From: Eledone cirrhosa
Lineage: Eukaryota
DNA length: 64,000 bases
NCBI GenBank assembly: GCA_964016885.1
Contig: OZ024766.1
Location: forward strand, 868,001-932,000
Reading direction: 5' to 3'
The translations under genes were made by a program, and so were the position numbers. The notes below the pieces were generated by a model, which saw only the letters and a program-made list of their open reading frames with translations, was not told the origin of the DNA and did no database searches. Shown one piece after another: positions 14,455 to 28,790 of the stretch (its first letter is position 1; each line of letters starts with the position of its first letter).

Positions 14455-15880
14455 TTATAGTCCTACCAAGGGAGACAGTGATGTGAATGCGGAGGAATTT
14501 CATGAGGAGATGTGTAGAGCTGTCAACACCACACAAGCTCAAAACATCATTCTTCTGAGGGACTTCTATGCACATCTGAGTAAGGAGAGCAGTGAAGATC
14601 CGCGCTGGTAATTCCCTAACACCAACCGAAATGGAAGACTACCGACAGACGCCATGCTGGATGCAAACTTGATGGCAACCAACCTAACGTTAAGGAAGAA
14701 TCCAGAAAAGATGTGGACCAAGACCTAGATTGATTTCTTTCTGGTGAGGAAAAAGCAGCGCAATAGTGTTCTCAACACAGAACCATACAACTATTTCAGT
14801 ACACTGGGACAGTGGACACATGCTTGTTATGAGTGAGGTCCGAGTGAGCTTAAGAAAGAGCAAGGCTACACCAACAGTATAATCTATGACTGGGGAACGT
14901 TCAAGGAACATAAGCTACAGAAGAGGTTCACAGGAGAAGTGAGCAACAGGTTCAGTGCTCTATGTAGAGAGTTTGACAAAGAGGTACAGGTACTTGAACA
15001 ATGCAGTAGCAAGTGAGACACTGATGCTGAGGAGAAAGAAGAGGAAGCATGTCAGTTCTGCAGACCCAAAGGTGTGTGCAGCCTGCCAAGGACCAATTCT
15101 GTGCTGATCCTATGGAGAGGATGGACACAGTGGAGGTGATGAGGGAAGCACTCTGTACCGCTTACACTGACGCCAGAGAGGAGGCACTAAAGTGTTAAGA
15201 GAACGGTTGACAGTTGGATGATCAACGAGATCACATGGAGGAAGAGTCAGATCAAGGAAACAGATCCAGAGGATAGGAAAAAGGAAATGGCTGGACCATT
15301 TTAGAACACAACTATGAGATGCCCTCCACAGCCAAGAACACTGGGCAGATCAGGTGGCTGTTACAAAAACTGCATATTGAGACAGGACCCTTTGCCAGAG
15401 AGGAGCTTCAGAGAGCAAAAAAAGAAGATAATGGAGGGCAAGGCCCATGGAGAAAATCGAGTGGCTACAGGTCATGTAAGAGTTGTGATTTTCAGTTCTG
15501 GAGAAACGAGTTGCCCTGAACCAGTGGACGATCAGTAACTTCGTGCCACTGCCAAAGAAGGCAGATCTCTCTAACACCAACTACAGGGGAACCTCACTTG
15601 TGGCAAAGACCCTCAACAGGGTGTGATTCTTAAGAGAATCCAGCCCTACATGGACAAAAAGCTAAAACAACCACAACAGCTTCAGAGATAAAGATCAACC
15701 AACGGTCACATCTTGATGAAGATATTTGAGCAAATTGCCTATAATTCTGACGATCGTCACTGCCTGATCAAGATTTTTGTGGAATACAAAAGTATCACTG
15801 CTCTACACGAACACTAAAGCCAAAGTCATTACACCCGATGGTTCTTCGAGTTACTGCTTGGATTGCTCCAAGGAGCTACA
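14455..15880 (+). mobile_element. Second decayed LINE (APE endonuclease to RT start; RTE-like), also ~19680-20250, 23720-24990, 28795-30260
   Basis: GDFYAHL and IDFFLVRKK endonuclease remnants; WTISNFVPLPKKADLS..NYRGTSL RT entry motif. Confidence 0.75.
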
Positions 15881-18619
15881 CCCATTGTTCAGTGGCTAAA
15901 TACAGTTAAAGAAAAATATAATTGCTTTTCTTTCTCAGAGTTAAGTCAGCGAAGGTAACGCACCACTAACAAAATCCCCTCTCCTACTAAAATGGTCAAT
16001 GACCAATCCAGCAGATAAACAATTATATTAAGAAAAAAAAATTTCTTTTTAAACAAAGGACAATTAAATATTTACTGTTGAATGTCTGTTTGTGGGCTTA
16101 TGTAGGGTCGGGCATCTCATAAATTCAGTATTTACGCAGAGTAATATAGATAAAAATACATCAACGACAAACACTATAGTCTCGCACTTTAAAGGATTCG
16201 CTTTTGCAATAGAACAGGGAATCAATAAACTATCTGATTCAATAATATTTTATATTATATTGGCAGCGAACTCCAACTGCTGGGCCTGCATTCTTCTGTC
16301 TCGTCTGTTATGCTTGTACTTCATTGATTTTCACTGCAACAATCACCAATTACTCTTGTTTATTCTCGGGGATGTCTTTTCTACCCACTGCATTCTTCAC
16401 TACATCATGCAAATTTTCCACAGCTGCTCCACATCGGTCAAATTTTCAATCTTAATTCGGCACAATTTCAACATCTTTTGCCTGCATCACACAGTATTCA
16501 GTCAATTAGTTTTTCTTCGTTTCCTATTCTTATATTGCAAAAACATATCCATAAAAGTGCGAGATAATATAGCGAGTGTTCATAGATTTTGCTTATCTAC
16601 ATTATAATCACTCGACAGCTCCTTGGCAACATATCCATGCATGGATGTGTGTACTTATATATCGTAATTTATATGTCTAGTCTTCAGCAGACACTTAGCA
16701 CTGACCGAGACAACCAGCCTTGACAATTCAGTTTTATCAAACAACTAAATTTCCTGCTAACAGGGGAAACAACTCTTATTTTTATTAAAAAATTCAAACA
16801 GTAATCTCCCTTTGCTAATTGAAATATTGCATATACATTTGTAGACGTATAAACACAAAAACACTACACACATGTGTACGTGTATACATACACAGACATA
16901 TGTACACAGACATATGTACACATACATGACAATATACTACACCCCCACGACTTACAGCCGGAACTTGCAACACCTACATCACAACTAAAGCGCAACTATT
17001 TCAACGCTGGCAATCTAGCTAAACTTATAAGAGCTACAACTAATAGTAAAAAGAAATAAAAATTAAGCTTTTTAATCAAACGAGTCTTAGGAAATATATA
17101 AAATATAACCATCTTAGCAATTAATTTTGTTGACAGACAACTCCTTTGGTAGGGTACCATGATCTGTCATCTGGTGGTGCCTAACCAAACTAGGTGTTGG
17201 GGAATGTCTTGTGAGGGCAGTGCAGGCTTTGTACAGAGGTGCTGTCAGTAACAGATGCGTTTAAAACTAGCTGTCCATGACGATCTGGTTCTTATAGCAG
17301 AATCAGTAAAGAAGCTAAAGAAGAAATGCTGTCTATGGAAACAGTAGTTGGAAGCAAGAGGACAGAATAAAAACATAGAAAAGAGGACATGCTCCCTATG
17401 TTGAAAAATAGTTGGGATAAATTCTATAAAATATACACTATGCACATGTGGGGTACTCAACATATGTAGTGGGATAGCAAGCAAACAGGTAGTGAAAACT
17501 ACATGTACAGAGAAATTACACATTAGAAGTGACAGTGATAGAAACAGTTTTCAAATGAAGGTGGGTTCTATACAGATGAGCAGATTAGAAAGAGAGGAGG
17601 CTACTACGAGGCCATAATATCTACAATAAGGATGGGTTGGAAGAAGTGAGACATGGCCAGCAATTGCAGAGAATATGCCAAGGCTGGCAAAGAAATGAAG
17701 GAAGCATGCTCCGACGACCGAGCAGAGATGAGTTGAGAGAGAAAATGGGTATGAGTTGTGTGCAGGAGAAAAGTATAAGATGGTTTGCTGGGTAAACAAG
17801 TGCCAAGTAATTCGAGTAGAAGACAGACTAGGAAAAACATAGACAGAGTGGTGAGAGCAGACCTCAAATCGCTAACAATCACCAACGAGGTGAACAACGA
17901 CCGGTATAAGCCGAAAGAGGCGGTGCTCAATAGTACATGTCCCACACTTGAGAGCGAACGTATGATGATGATGACTGCAAATGTTTCCTTATTTCTGCAT
18001 AGAAAGTAATATACATCATCTTCAACAAACGCTATATTGTCTTTAGCTTTCAACAATACCATTTCGCAATAAAACATGAAATAAGAACAAACTGATTCTC
18101 TAATATTTAATATTATATTGGCATCTGCTTCGCTGCTTAACTCCGACTGCTGGGTCTGCATTCTTGTCTGTTATGCTTCCACTTCATTGCTTTTCAAAGG
18201 AACAATCAACAACTACTCTTTCTAACTCTTAAAACCTTGCTCTAGCTTCAAATGTTCACTCTCGGGGATGTCTTTCCTACGGTCTGCATTCTTCACGCTT
18301 TTCGACATCTTTCCAGTTTCTTCACATCGGTCAAATCTTCAATCTTCAATCTGCACAATTTCCACTTCTTTTCACATCTAGGTCTTTCTATTCTATACAT
18401 CAGTTAGTCTTAGTTTCAAGTTCTTATATTGTAAAATAATATCTTTCAACATGGGAGACAATATAGCACTTGTTGCTGAAGATATATTTTTATCATCTAT
18501 ATTATTCTCACTCTCCAGCTACCAGTTAACATATCCATGCATAATATTTGCATGTGTGTCGTCATGTGTGGATATTTGAGAAAAAGATGATAAAAAGATA
18601 TATACATGGATGAGGAGAG

Positions 18620-19665
18620 TGACTTGGTGGTAGAACAATATTGTAGATGAGCCAGTTAAGGCTAAGAGACAGGCATGGAAAGAATGGAAAAACAGGGCAC
18701 ATTACATAGAGACCAGGAGCGAAGCTAGGCGACAAGTATACTTAGCTAGAAGGGAGGCAGAGGATAGGAAATTCAAGCATGTTTTGAAACACGAGGAACA
18801 GAAACAGTTGTTCAAGATTACGAGGCAGTGTTTCAGAGAGAATTGTGATGTCATTGGACAAAAGTGTATCCAGAATGATAAAAGTCAGCTTGCACTCACA
18901 AGTGCTGAGAAGATGCGTGGAAGAGCCAGTATGAAATATTACTAAATGAGGAGAATGTATGGGAAAAAGATACCATACCCAAAGTGAACCCTATAGAGGG
19001 GCTAGCAGAACAAGTCAGCAGCAATGTAGTATGGCAATCAAAGATATGAAGACGGGGAAGGCAACCAGTCTATCGGGTATAGCTGCCGTGATGCTCAAGG
19101 CATCTGGGTCGGTAGATCAGACCATAACCACACGTATTGTTAACTAGGTAATACTAAAGGGCGTCGTACCAAACGATTCGTGCAGCAGCATCATGGTCAA
19201 CTGATACAAAGGTAAAAGTGATGCACTAGATAGAGGAAACTAGAGGTATAAAGCTGATGGACCAGGTCATGAAAGTAACAAAGAGTTGATTAGGAACAGG
19301 GTGAAACTACATGATATGCAATTGGGCTTTGTACCAGGAAAAGGCACCATCCATGTCCTCACCTTTGTGAGGCAGTTACAGGAAAAGTACCTAGCTAAAA
19401 GTAAGCCGCTCTACCTGGCATTTGTCGAAATGGAAAAAGCCTTCGACAGAGTCCACCATGCTATAATCTGGTGGGCTCTTAGAAAATTTGAAGTAGATGA
19501 ATAGCTTATGAGGGCTGTACAAGCCATGTATAAAGAAACAATCAGCAGTTATCAATGACTAGAGCGAGGAATTTAGCATGCAGGTCGGTGTACACCAGGG
19601 CTGTTCTTAGCCCTCTCCTTTTTATCATAGTCCTGCAGGCAATAACAAGAATTTAAAACCGGATG
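18620..19665 (+). mobile_element. Decayed RTE LINE RT fragment (unit 2)
   Basis: ORF 19286-19504 QLGFVPGKGT...QLQEKYLAKSKPLYLAFVEMEKAFDRV. Confidence 0.88.
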
Positions 19666-20986
19666 TCAGATTATAGTCTAGACCATTTTAGTAGACAACT
19701 ATGAAATGCCCTCCACAGCCATGAACACTGGGCAGATCAGGTGGCCGTTACAAAAACTGCATATTGAGACAGGACCCTTTGCCAGAGGAGCTTCAGAGAG
19801 CAAAAAAAGATAAAGGAGGGCAAGGCCCATGGAGAAAATCGAGTGGCTACAGGTCATGTAAGAGTTGTGATTTTCAGTTCTGGAGAAACGAGTTGCCCTG
19901 AACCAGTGGACGATCAGTAACTTCGTGCCACTGCCAAAGAAGGCAGATCTCTCTAACACCAACTACAGGGGGACCTCACTTGTGGCAAAGACCCTCAACA
20001 GGGTGTGATTCTTAAGAGAATCCAGCCCTACATGGACAAAAAGCTCAAACAACCACAACAGCTTCACAGATAAAGATCAACCAACGGTCACATCCTGATG
20101 AAGATATTTGAAGGAGCTAAAGCAAATTGCCTATAATTCTGACTATCGTCACTGCCTGATCAAGATTTTTGTGGAATACAAAAGTATCACTGCTCTACAC
20201 GAACACTAAAGCCAAAGTCATTACACCCGAGTGCTCCAAGGAGCTACACCCATTGTTCAGTGGCTAAATACAGTTAAAGAAAAATATAATTGCTTTTCTT
20301 TCTCAGAGTTAAGTCAGCGAAGGTAACGCACCACTAACAAAATCCCCTCCTACAAAAATGGTCAATAACCAATCCAGCAGATAAACGTAATTATATTAAG
20401 AAAAAAACTTCTTTTTAACAAAGGACAATTTTTACTGTTGAAGGCCTGTTTGTGGGCTTATGTAGGGTCGGGCATCTCATAAATTCAGTATTTACGCAGA
20501 GTAATATAGATAAAAATACATCAACGACAAACACTATAGTCTCGCACTTTAAAGAATTCGCTTTTGCAATAAAACAGGGAATCAATAAACTATCCGATTC
20601 AATAATATTTTATATTATATTGGCATCTGCTTGGCAGCGAACTCAAACTGCTGGGCCTGCATTCTTCTCTCTCGTCTGTTATGCTTGTACTTCATTGATT
20701 TTCACTGCAACAATCACCAGACACTTAGCACTGACCGAGACAACCAGCCTTGACAATTGAGTTTTATCAAATAACTAAATTTCCTGCTAAGAGGGGAAAC
20801 AACTCGTAATTTTATTAAAATATCCAAGAGTAAACTCCCTTTCCTAATTGAAATATGGCATAAACATTTGTAGACGTATAAACACAAAAACACTATACAT
20901 AATAACATGTGTACGTGTATACATACATAGACATATACTATTTCAACGCTGGCAATCTAGCTAAACTTATAGCTACAACTAATAAT

Positions 20987-21172
20987 TGTTTCTACTTTTG
21001 GCACAAGGCCAGCAATTAACCAGTACATTACTGGTACTTCATTTTATCCACCCCGTAAGGATGAAGGGCAAAGTTAACCTCGACGGGATTTGGACTCGGA
21101 TCGTAAAGGGACGTAATTCTTTGCGTCAAAGCATGGCGTCCGACCCTCCACCGATACTGCCAACCCACCGCC
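20987..21172 (-). mobile_element. tRNA-derived SINE (Meta-core-like) with TSD
   Basis: Minus strand: A-box-like TGGCAGTATCGG, B-box-like GAGTCCAAATCC, core TTTGCCCTTCATCCTTACGGGGTGGATAAAATGAAGTACCAG; TAGCTACAACTAATAAT duplicated at 20970-20986 and 21173-21189; empty site at ~11956. Confidence 0.9.
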
Positions 21173-22739
21173 TAGCTACAACTAATAATGTCAGTAAAAA
21201 TAAAAATTAAGCTTTTTAATCAAAAGAGTCTTAGGAAATATATAAAATATAACCGGTGGCAATGTAATCCATCTTAGCAATTAATTTTGTTGACAGACAA
21301 CTCCTTTGGTAGGGTACCATGATCTGTCATCTGGTGGTGCCTAACCAAACTAGGTGTTGGGGAATGTCTTGTGAGGGCAGTGCAGGCTTTGTACAGAGGT
21401 GCTGTCAGTAACAGATGCGTTTAAAACTGCTATAAGAACAAGATCGTCATGGACAGCCAGATAAATTCTATAAAATATACGCAATGCACCACATCTGGGG
21501 TACTCAACATATGTAGTGGGATAGCAAGCAAACAGGTAGTTAAAACTACCTGTACAGAGAAATTTCACAGTAGAAGTACCAGTGATAGAAACAGTTTTCA
21601 AATGAAGGTGGGTTCTATACAAGTGGTTCGTACCTTCCGCTACATAGATGAGCAGATTAGAAAGAGAGGAGTCTACTACGAGGCCACAGTATCTACAATA
21701 AAGATGAGTTGGAAGAAGTGAGACATGGCCAGCAATTCCAGAGAATATGCCAAGGCTGGCAAAGAAATGAAGGAAGCATGCTCCGTTAGATGTTCGTCAA
21801 CCATCGAGCAGAGATGAGTTGAGAGAGAAAATGGGTATGAGTTGTGGAGTGCTGGAGAGAAGAATAAGATGGTTTGCTGGGGAAACATGTGCCAAGAAAT
21901 GCCAGTAGAAGGAAGACGCAGTAAAGGAAGACTAGGAAAAACATAGCGATTTGAGGTCTGCTCTCACCACCCCCGTCTAACGATCACCAACGTGGTGACC
22001 AACGACCAGTATAAGCCGAGAGAGGCGGTGCCCAATAGTACATGTCCCACACTTGAAAGCGAACGTATGATGATGATGACTGTGCAAATGTTTCCTTATT
22101 TCTGCATAAAAAGTAATATACATAAACAAAGTAGATCATCTTCAACAAACACTATATTGTCTTTAGCTTTCAACAATACCATTTCGCAATAAAATATGAA
22201 ATAAGAACAAACTGATTCTCTAATATTTAATAATATATTGGCATCTGCTTCGCTGCTTAACTCCGACTGCTGGGCCTGCATTCTTGTCTCGTCTGTTATG
22301 CTTGCACTTCGTTGCTTTTCACAGGAACAATCAACAACTACTCTTTCTAACTCTTAAAACCTTGCTCTAGCTTCAAATGTTCACTCTCGGGGATGTCTTT
22401 CCTACGGACTGCATTCTTCACTCTTTTCGACACATCTTTCCAGTTTCTTCACATCGGGTCAAATCTTCAATCTTCAATCTGCACAATTTCCACTTCTTTT
22501 CACATCTAGGTCTTTCTATTCTATACATCAGTTAGTCTTAGTTTCAAGTTCTTATATTGTAAAATAATATCTTTCAACATGGGAGACAATATAGCACTTG
22601 TTGCTGAAGATAGACTTATCTATATTATTCTCTCTCCAGCTACCAGTTAACATATCCATGCATAAGATTTGCCTGTGTGTCGTTATGTGTGGATATTTGA
22701 GAAAAAGATGATAAAAAGATATATACATGGATGAGGAGA

Positions 22740-23710
22740 GTGACTTGGTGGTAGAACAATATGGTAGATGAGGCAGTTAAGGCTAAGAGACAGGCATGGA
22801 AAGAATGGAAAAACAGGGCACATTACAGAGAGACCAGGAGCAAAGCTAGGCGACAAGTATACTTAGCTAGAAGGAAGGTAGAGGATAGGAAATTCAAGCA
22901 TGTTTTGCAACACGAGGAAAAGAAACAGGTGTTCCAGAGTGAATTGTGATGTCATTGGACAAAAGTGTATCCAGAATGATAAAGGTCAGCTTGCACTCAC
23001 AAGTGCTGAGAAGATGCGTGGAAGAGCCAGTATGAAAGATTACTAAATGAGGAGAATGTATGGGAAAAAGATACCATACCCAAAGTGAACCCTATAGAGG
23101 GGCTAGCAGAACAAGTCAGCAGCAATGTAGTATGGCAATCATAGATATGAAGACGGGGAAGGCAACCGGTCCATCGGGTATAGCTGCCGAGATGCTCAAG
23201 GCATCTGGGTCGGTAGATCAGACCATAACCACACGTATTGTTAACTAGATAATACTAAAGGGCGTCGTACCAAACGATTCGTGCAGCAGCATCATGGTCA
23301 ACTGATACAAAGGTAAAGGTGATGCACTAGATAGAGGAAACTATAGAGGTATAAAGCTGATGGACCAGGTCATGAAAGTAACAGAGTTAGAGCACAGTTG
23401 ATTAGGAACACGGTGAAACTACATGATATGCAATTGTGCTTTGTACCAGGAAAAGGCACCACTCATGTCCTCACTTTTGTGACGCAGTTACAGGAAAAGT
23501 ACCTAGCTAAAAGTAAGCAACTCTACCTGGCATTTGTCGAAATGGAAAAGGCCTTCGACAGAGTCCACCATGCTATAATCTGGTGAGCTCTTAGAAAATT
23601 TGAAGTAGATGAATAGCTTATGAGGGCTGTACCAAGCCATGTATAAAGAAACAATCAGCAAAGTTAGGGTTATCAATGACTAGAGCGAGTAATTTAGCAT
23701 GCAGGTCCGT
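22740..23710 (+). mobile_element. Decayed RTE LINE RT fragment (unit 3)
   Basis: ORFs 22761, 23060 and 23398 carry the same RTE motifs as units 1 and 2. Confidence 0.88.
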
Positions 23711-26057
23711 GTCCTGCCAGTGCAAACTTGATGGCAACCAACCTAACGTTAAGGGAGAATCCAGAAAAGATGTGGACCAAGACCTAGATTGATTTCTTTC
23801 TGGTGAGGAAAAAGCAGCGCAATAGTGTTCTCAACACAGAACCATACAACTATTTCAGTACACTGTGACAGTGGACACATGCTTGTTATGAGTGAGGTCC
23901 GAGTGAGCTTAAGAAAGAGCAAGGCTACACCAACAGTATAATCTATGACTGGGGAACGTTCAAGGAACATAAGCTACAGAAGAGGTTCACAGGAGAAGTG
24001 AGCAACAGGTTCAGTGCTCTGTGTGGAGAGTTTAACAAAGAGGTACGGCTACTTGAACAATGCAGTAGCAGAAGCAAGTGAGACACTGATGCTGAGGAGA
24101 AAGAAGAGGAAGCATGTCAGTTCTGCAGACCAGAAAGTGTGTGCAGCCTGCCAAGGACCAATTTATGTGCTGATCCTATGGAGAGGATGAACACAGTGGA
24201 GGTGATGAGGGAAGCACTCTGTACCGCTTACACTGACGCCAGAGAGGAGGCACTAAAGTGTTAAGAGAACGGTTGACAGTTGGATGATCAACGAGATCAC
24301 ATGGAGGAAAGGTCAGATCCAGGAAACAGATCCAGAGGATAGGAAAAAGGAAATGGCTGAACCATTTTAGAACACAACTATGAGATGCCCTCCACAGACA
24401 AGAACACTGGGCAGATCAGGTGGCTGTTACAATAACTGGATATTGAGACAGGACCCTTTGCCAGAGAGGAGCTTCAGAGAGCAAAAAAAGAAGATAAAGG
24501 AGGGCAAGGCCCATGGAGAAAATCGAGTGGCATCAGGTCATGTAGAGTTGTGATTTTCATATCTTGGAGATCTGTAAAAAGGGACTGGAGAAACGAGTTG
24601 CCCTGAACAAGTGGACGATCAATAACTTCGTGCCACTGCCAAAGAAGGCAGATCTCTCTAACAGAAACAACTACAGGGGGACCTCACTTGTGGCAAAGAC
24701 CCTCAACAGGATGATTCTAAAGAGAATCCAGCCCTGCATGGACAAAAAGCTCAAACAACCAGAACAGCTTCACAGATAGAGATCAACCAACGGTCACATC
24801 CTGATGCTGAAGAAGATATTTGAGGGAGCTAAAGCAAATTGCCTATAATTCTGACTATCGTCACTGCCTGATCAAGATTTTTGTGGAATACAAAAGTATC
24901 ACTGCTCTACACGAACACTAAAGCCAAAGTCATTACACCCGATGGTTCTTCGAGTTACTGCTTGGATTGCTCCAAGGAGCTACACCCATTGTTCAGTGGC
25001 TAAATACAGTTAAAGAAAAATATAATTGCTTTTCTTTCTCAGAGTTAAGTCAGCGAAGGTAACGCACCACTAACAAAATCCCCTCTCCTACTAAAATGGT
25101 CAATGACCAATCCAGCAGATAAACAATTATATTAAGAAAAAAAAATTTTTTAAACAAAGGACAATTAAATATTTACTGTTGAATGTCTGTTTGTGGGCTT
25201 ATGTAGGGTCGGGCATCTCATAAATTTTTCCGTATTTACGCAGAGTAATATAGATAAAAATACATCAACGACAAACACTATATTGTCTCGCACTTTAAAG
25301 GATTCGCTTTTGCAATAAAACAGGGAATCAATAAACTATCTGATTCAATAATATTTTATATTATATTGGCAGCGAACTCCAACTGCTGGGCCTGCATGCT
25401 TCTCTCATCTGTTATGCTTGCACTTCATTGATTTTCACTGGAACAATCCGCAACTACTCTTTCTGTTTATTCTCGGGGATGTCTTTTCTAACCAATGCAT
25501 TCTTCATTACATCATGCAAATTTTCCACAGCTTCTTTCACATCGGTCAAATTTTCAATCTTAATTCGGCACAATTTCAACATCTTTTGCCTGCATCACAC
25601 TGTATTCAGTGAATTAGTTTTTCTTCGTTTCCTATTCTTGTATTGCAAAAACATATCCATAAAAGTGCGAGATAATATAGCGAGTGTTCATAGATTTTGC
25701 TTATCTACATTATAATCACTCGACAGCTCCTTGGCAACATATCCATGCGTGTACTTGTATATCGTAATTTCGATGTCTAGTCTTCAACAGACGCTTACCA
25801 CTGACCGAGACAACCAGCCTTGAATATTGAGTTTTATCAAACAACTAAATTTCCTGCTAAGAGGGGAAACAACTCGTAATTTTATTAAAATATCCAAGAG
25901 TAAAACTCCCTTTGCTAATTGAAATATGGCATAAACATTTGTAGACGTATAAACACAAAAACACTATACATAATAACATGTGTACGTGTATACATACATA
26001 GACATATACTATTTCAACGCTGGCAATCTAGCTAAACTTATAGCTACAACTAATAAT

Positions 26058-26243
26058 TGTTTCTACTTTTGGCACAAGGCCGGCAATAACCCAGTACATT
26101 ACTGGTACTTTATTTTATCCACCCCGTAAGGATGAAAGGCAAAGTTAACCTCGGCGGGATTTGAACTCAGATCGTAAAGGGACGTAACTCTTTAAGTCAA
26201 AGCATGGCGTCCGACCATCCACCGATACTGCCAACCCACCGCC
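26058..26243 (-). mobile_element. tRNA-derived SINE, same insertion as 20987 copied with the unit
   Basis: Same sequence and same 17-bp TSD (26041-26057, 26244-26260). Confidence 0.9.
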
Positions 26244-27834
26244 TAGCTACAACTAATAATGTCAGTAAAAGCTTTTTAATCAAACGAGTCTTAGGAAATA
26301 TATAAAATATAACCGGTGGCAATGTAATCCATCTTAGCAATTAATTTTGTTGACAGACAACTCCTTTGGTAGGGTACCATGATCTGTCATCTGGTGGTGC
26401 CTAACCAAACTAGGTGTTGGGGAATGTCTTGTGAGGGCAGTGCAGGCTTTGTACAGAGGTGCTGTCAGTAACAGATGCGTTTAAAACTAGCTGTCCATGA
26501 CGATCTGGTTCTTATAGCAGAATCAGTAAAGAAGCTAAAGAAGAAATGCTGTCTATGGAAACAGTGGTTGGAAGCAAGAGGACAGAATAAAAACATAGAA
26601 AAGAGGACATGCTCCCTATGTTGAAAAGGAGTTGGGATAAATTCTATAAAATATACACAATGCACATCTGGGGTACTCAACATATGTAGTGGGATAGCAA
26701 GCAAACAGGTAGTGAAAACTACATGTACAGAGAAATTTCACAGTAGAAGTGACAGTGATAGAAACAGTTTTCAAATGAAGGTGGGTTCTATACAGATGAG
26801 CAGATTAGAAAGAGAGGAGGCTACTACGAGGCCATAATATCTACAATAAGGATGGGTTGGAAGAAGTGAGACATGGCCAGCAATTGCAGAGAATATGCCA
26901 AGGCTGGCAAAGAAATGAAGGAAGCATGCTCCGACGACCGAGCAGAGATGAGTTGAGAGAGAAAATGGGTATGAGTTATGTGCAGGAGAGAAGAATAAGA
27001 TGGTTTGCTGGGTAAACATGTGCCAAGTAATTCCAGTAGAAGGAAGACTAAGAAAAACAGACGGGTGGTGAAAGCAGACCTCAAATCGCTAACGATCACC
27101 AACGAGGTGACCAACGACCGGTATAAGTGGAGAGGCGGTGCTCAATAGTACATGTCCCACACTTGAAAGCGAACGTATGATTATGAAGATGACTGCAAAT
27201 GTTTCCTTATTTCTGCATAGAAAGTATACATCATCTTCAACAAACGCTATATTGTCTTTAGCTTTCAACAATACCATTTCGCAATAAAACATGAAATAAG
27301 AACAAACTGATTCTCTAATATTTAATATTATATTGGCATCTGCTTCGCTGCTTATCTCCGACTGCTGGGTCTGCATTCTTGTCTCGTCTGTTATGCTTGC
27401 ACTTCATTGCTTTTCACAGGAACAATCAACAACTACTCTTTCTAACTCTTAAAACCTTGCTCTAGCTTCAAATGTTCACTCTCGGGGGTGTCTTTCCTAC
27501 GGACTGCATTCTTCACTCTTTTCGAAACATCTTTCCAGTTTCTTCACATCGGTCAAATCTTCAATCTTCAATCTGCACAATTTCCACTTCTTTTCACATC
27601 TAGGTCTTTCTATTCTATACATCAGTTAGTCTTAGTTTCAAGTTCTTATATTGTAAAATAATATCTTTCAACATGGGAGACAATATAGCACTTGTTGCTG
27701 AGGATAGATTTTTATCATCTATATTATTCTCACTCTCCAGCTACCAGTTAACATATCCATGCATAATATTTGCATGTGTGTATATTTGAGAAAAGGATAA
27801 TGATAAAAAGATATATACATGGATTAGGAGAGTC

Positions 27835-28790
27835 ACTTGGTGGTAGAACAATATGGTAGATGAGGCAATTAAGGCTAAGAGACAGGCATGGAAAGAATGG
27901 AAAAACAGGGCACATTACATAGAGACCAGGAGCGAAGCTAGGCGACAAGTATACTTAGCTAGAAGGGAGGTAGAGGATAGGAATTTCAAGCATCTTTTGC
28001 AACACGAGGAACAGAAACAGGTGTTCGAGATTACGAGGCAGTGTGTCAGAGAGAATTGTGATGTCATTGGACAAAAGTGTATCCAGAATGATAAAGGTCA
28101 GATTGCACTCACAATTTCTGAGGAGATGCATGGAAGAGCCAGTATGAAAGATTACTAAATGGGGAGAATGCATGGGAAAAAGATACCATACCCAAAGTGA
28201 ACCCTATAGAGGGGCTAGCAGAACAAGTCAGCAGCAATATAGTATGGCAATCAAAGATATGAAGACGGGGAAGGCAACCGGTCCATCGGGTATAGTTGCC
28301 GAGATGCTCAAGGCATCTGGGTCAGTAGATCAGACCATAACCACAAGTAATGTTAACTAGATAATACTAAATGATTCGTGCAGCAGCATCATGGTCAACT
28401 GATACAAAGGTAAAGGTGATGCACTAGATAGAGGAAACTAGAGAGGTATAAAGCTGATGGACCAGATCATGAAAGTAACGTAAAGAGTTATAGCACAGTT
28501 GATTAGTACCTAGCTAAAAGTAAGCCACTCTACCTGGCATTTGTCGAAATGGAAAAAGCCTTCGACAGAGTCCACCATGCTATAATACGGTCGGCTCTTG
28601 GAAAATTAAAAGTAGATGAATGGCTTATGAGGGCTGTACAAGCCATGTATAAAGAAACAATCAGCAAAGTTAGGGTTATCAATGATTAGAGCGAGGAATT
28701 TAGCATGCAGGTCCGTGTACACCAGGGCTGTTCTTAGCCCTCTCCTTTTTATCATAGTCCTGCAGGCAATAACAGGAATTTAAAACCGGA
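27835..28790 (+). mobile_element. Decayed RTE LINE RT fragment (unit 4)
   Basis: ORFs 27853 and 28172; carries the same internal deletion as unit 1. Confidence 0.88.

Noticed and set aside
16092-16607. 171-aa hydrophobic ORF
   Set aside because: Broken in the paralogous units, non-ATG start, no recognisable motif.
20987-21172. tRNA gene
   Set aside because: A/B boxes belong to a SINE head with core, tail and TSD; no cloverleaf.
25755-25800. (C/T)TGAAGA...GAAA on the minus strand of array units as a hammerhead
   Set aside because: No stem I or stem III pairing and the two core halves are not intact in the same copy.
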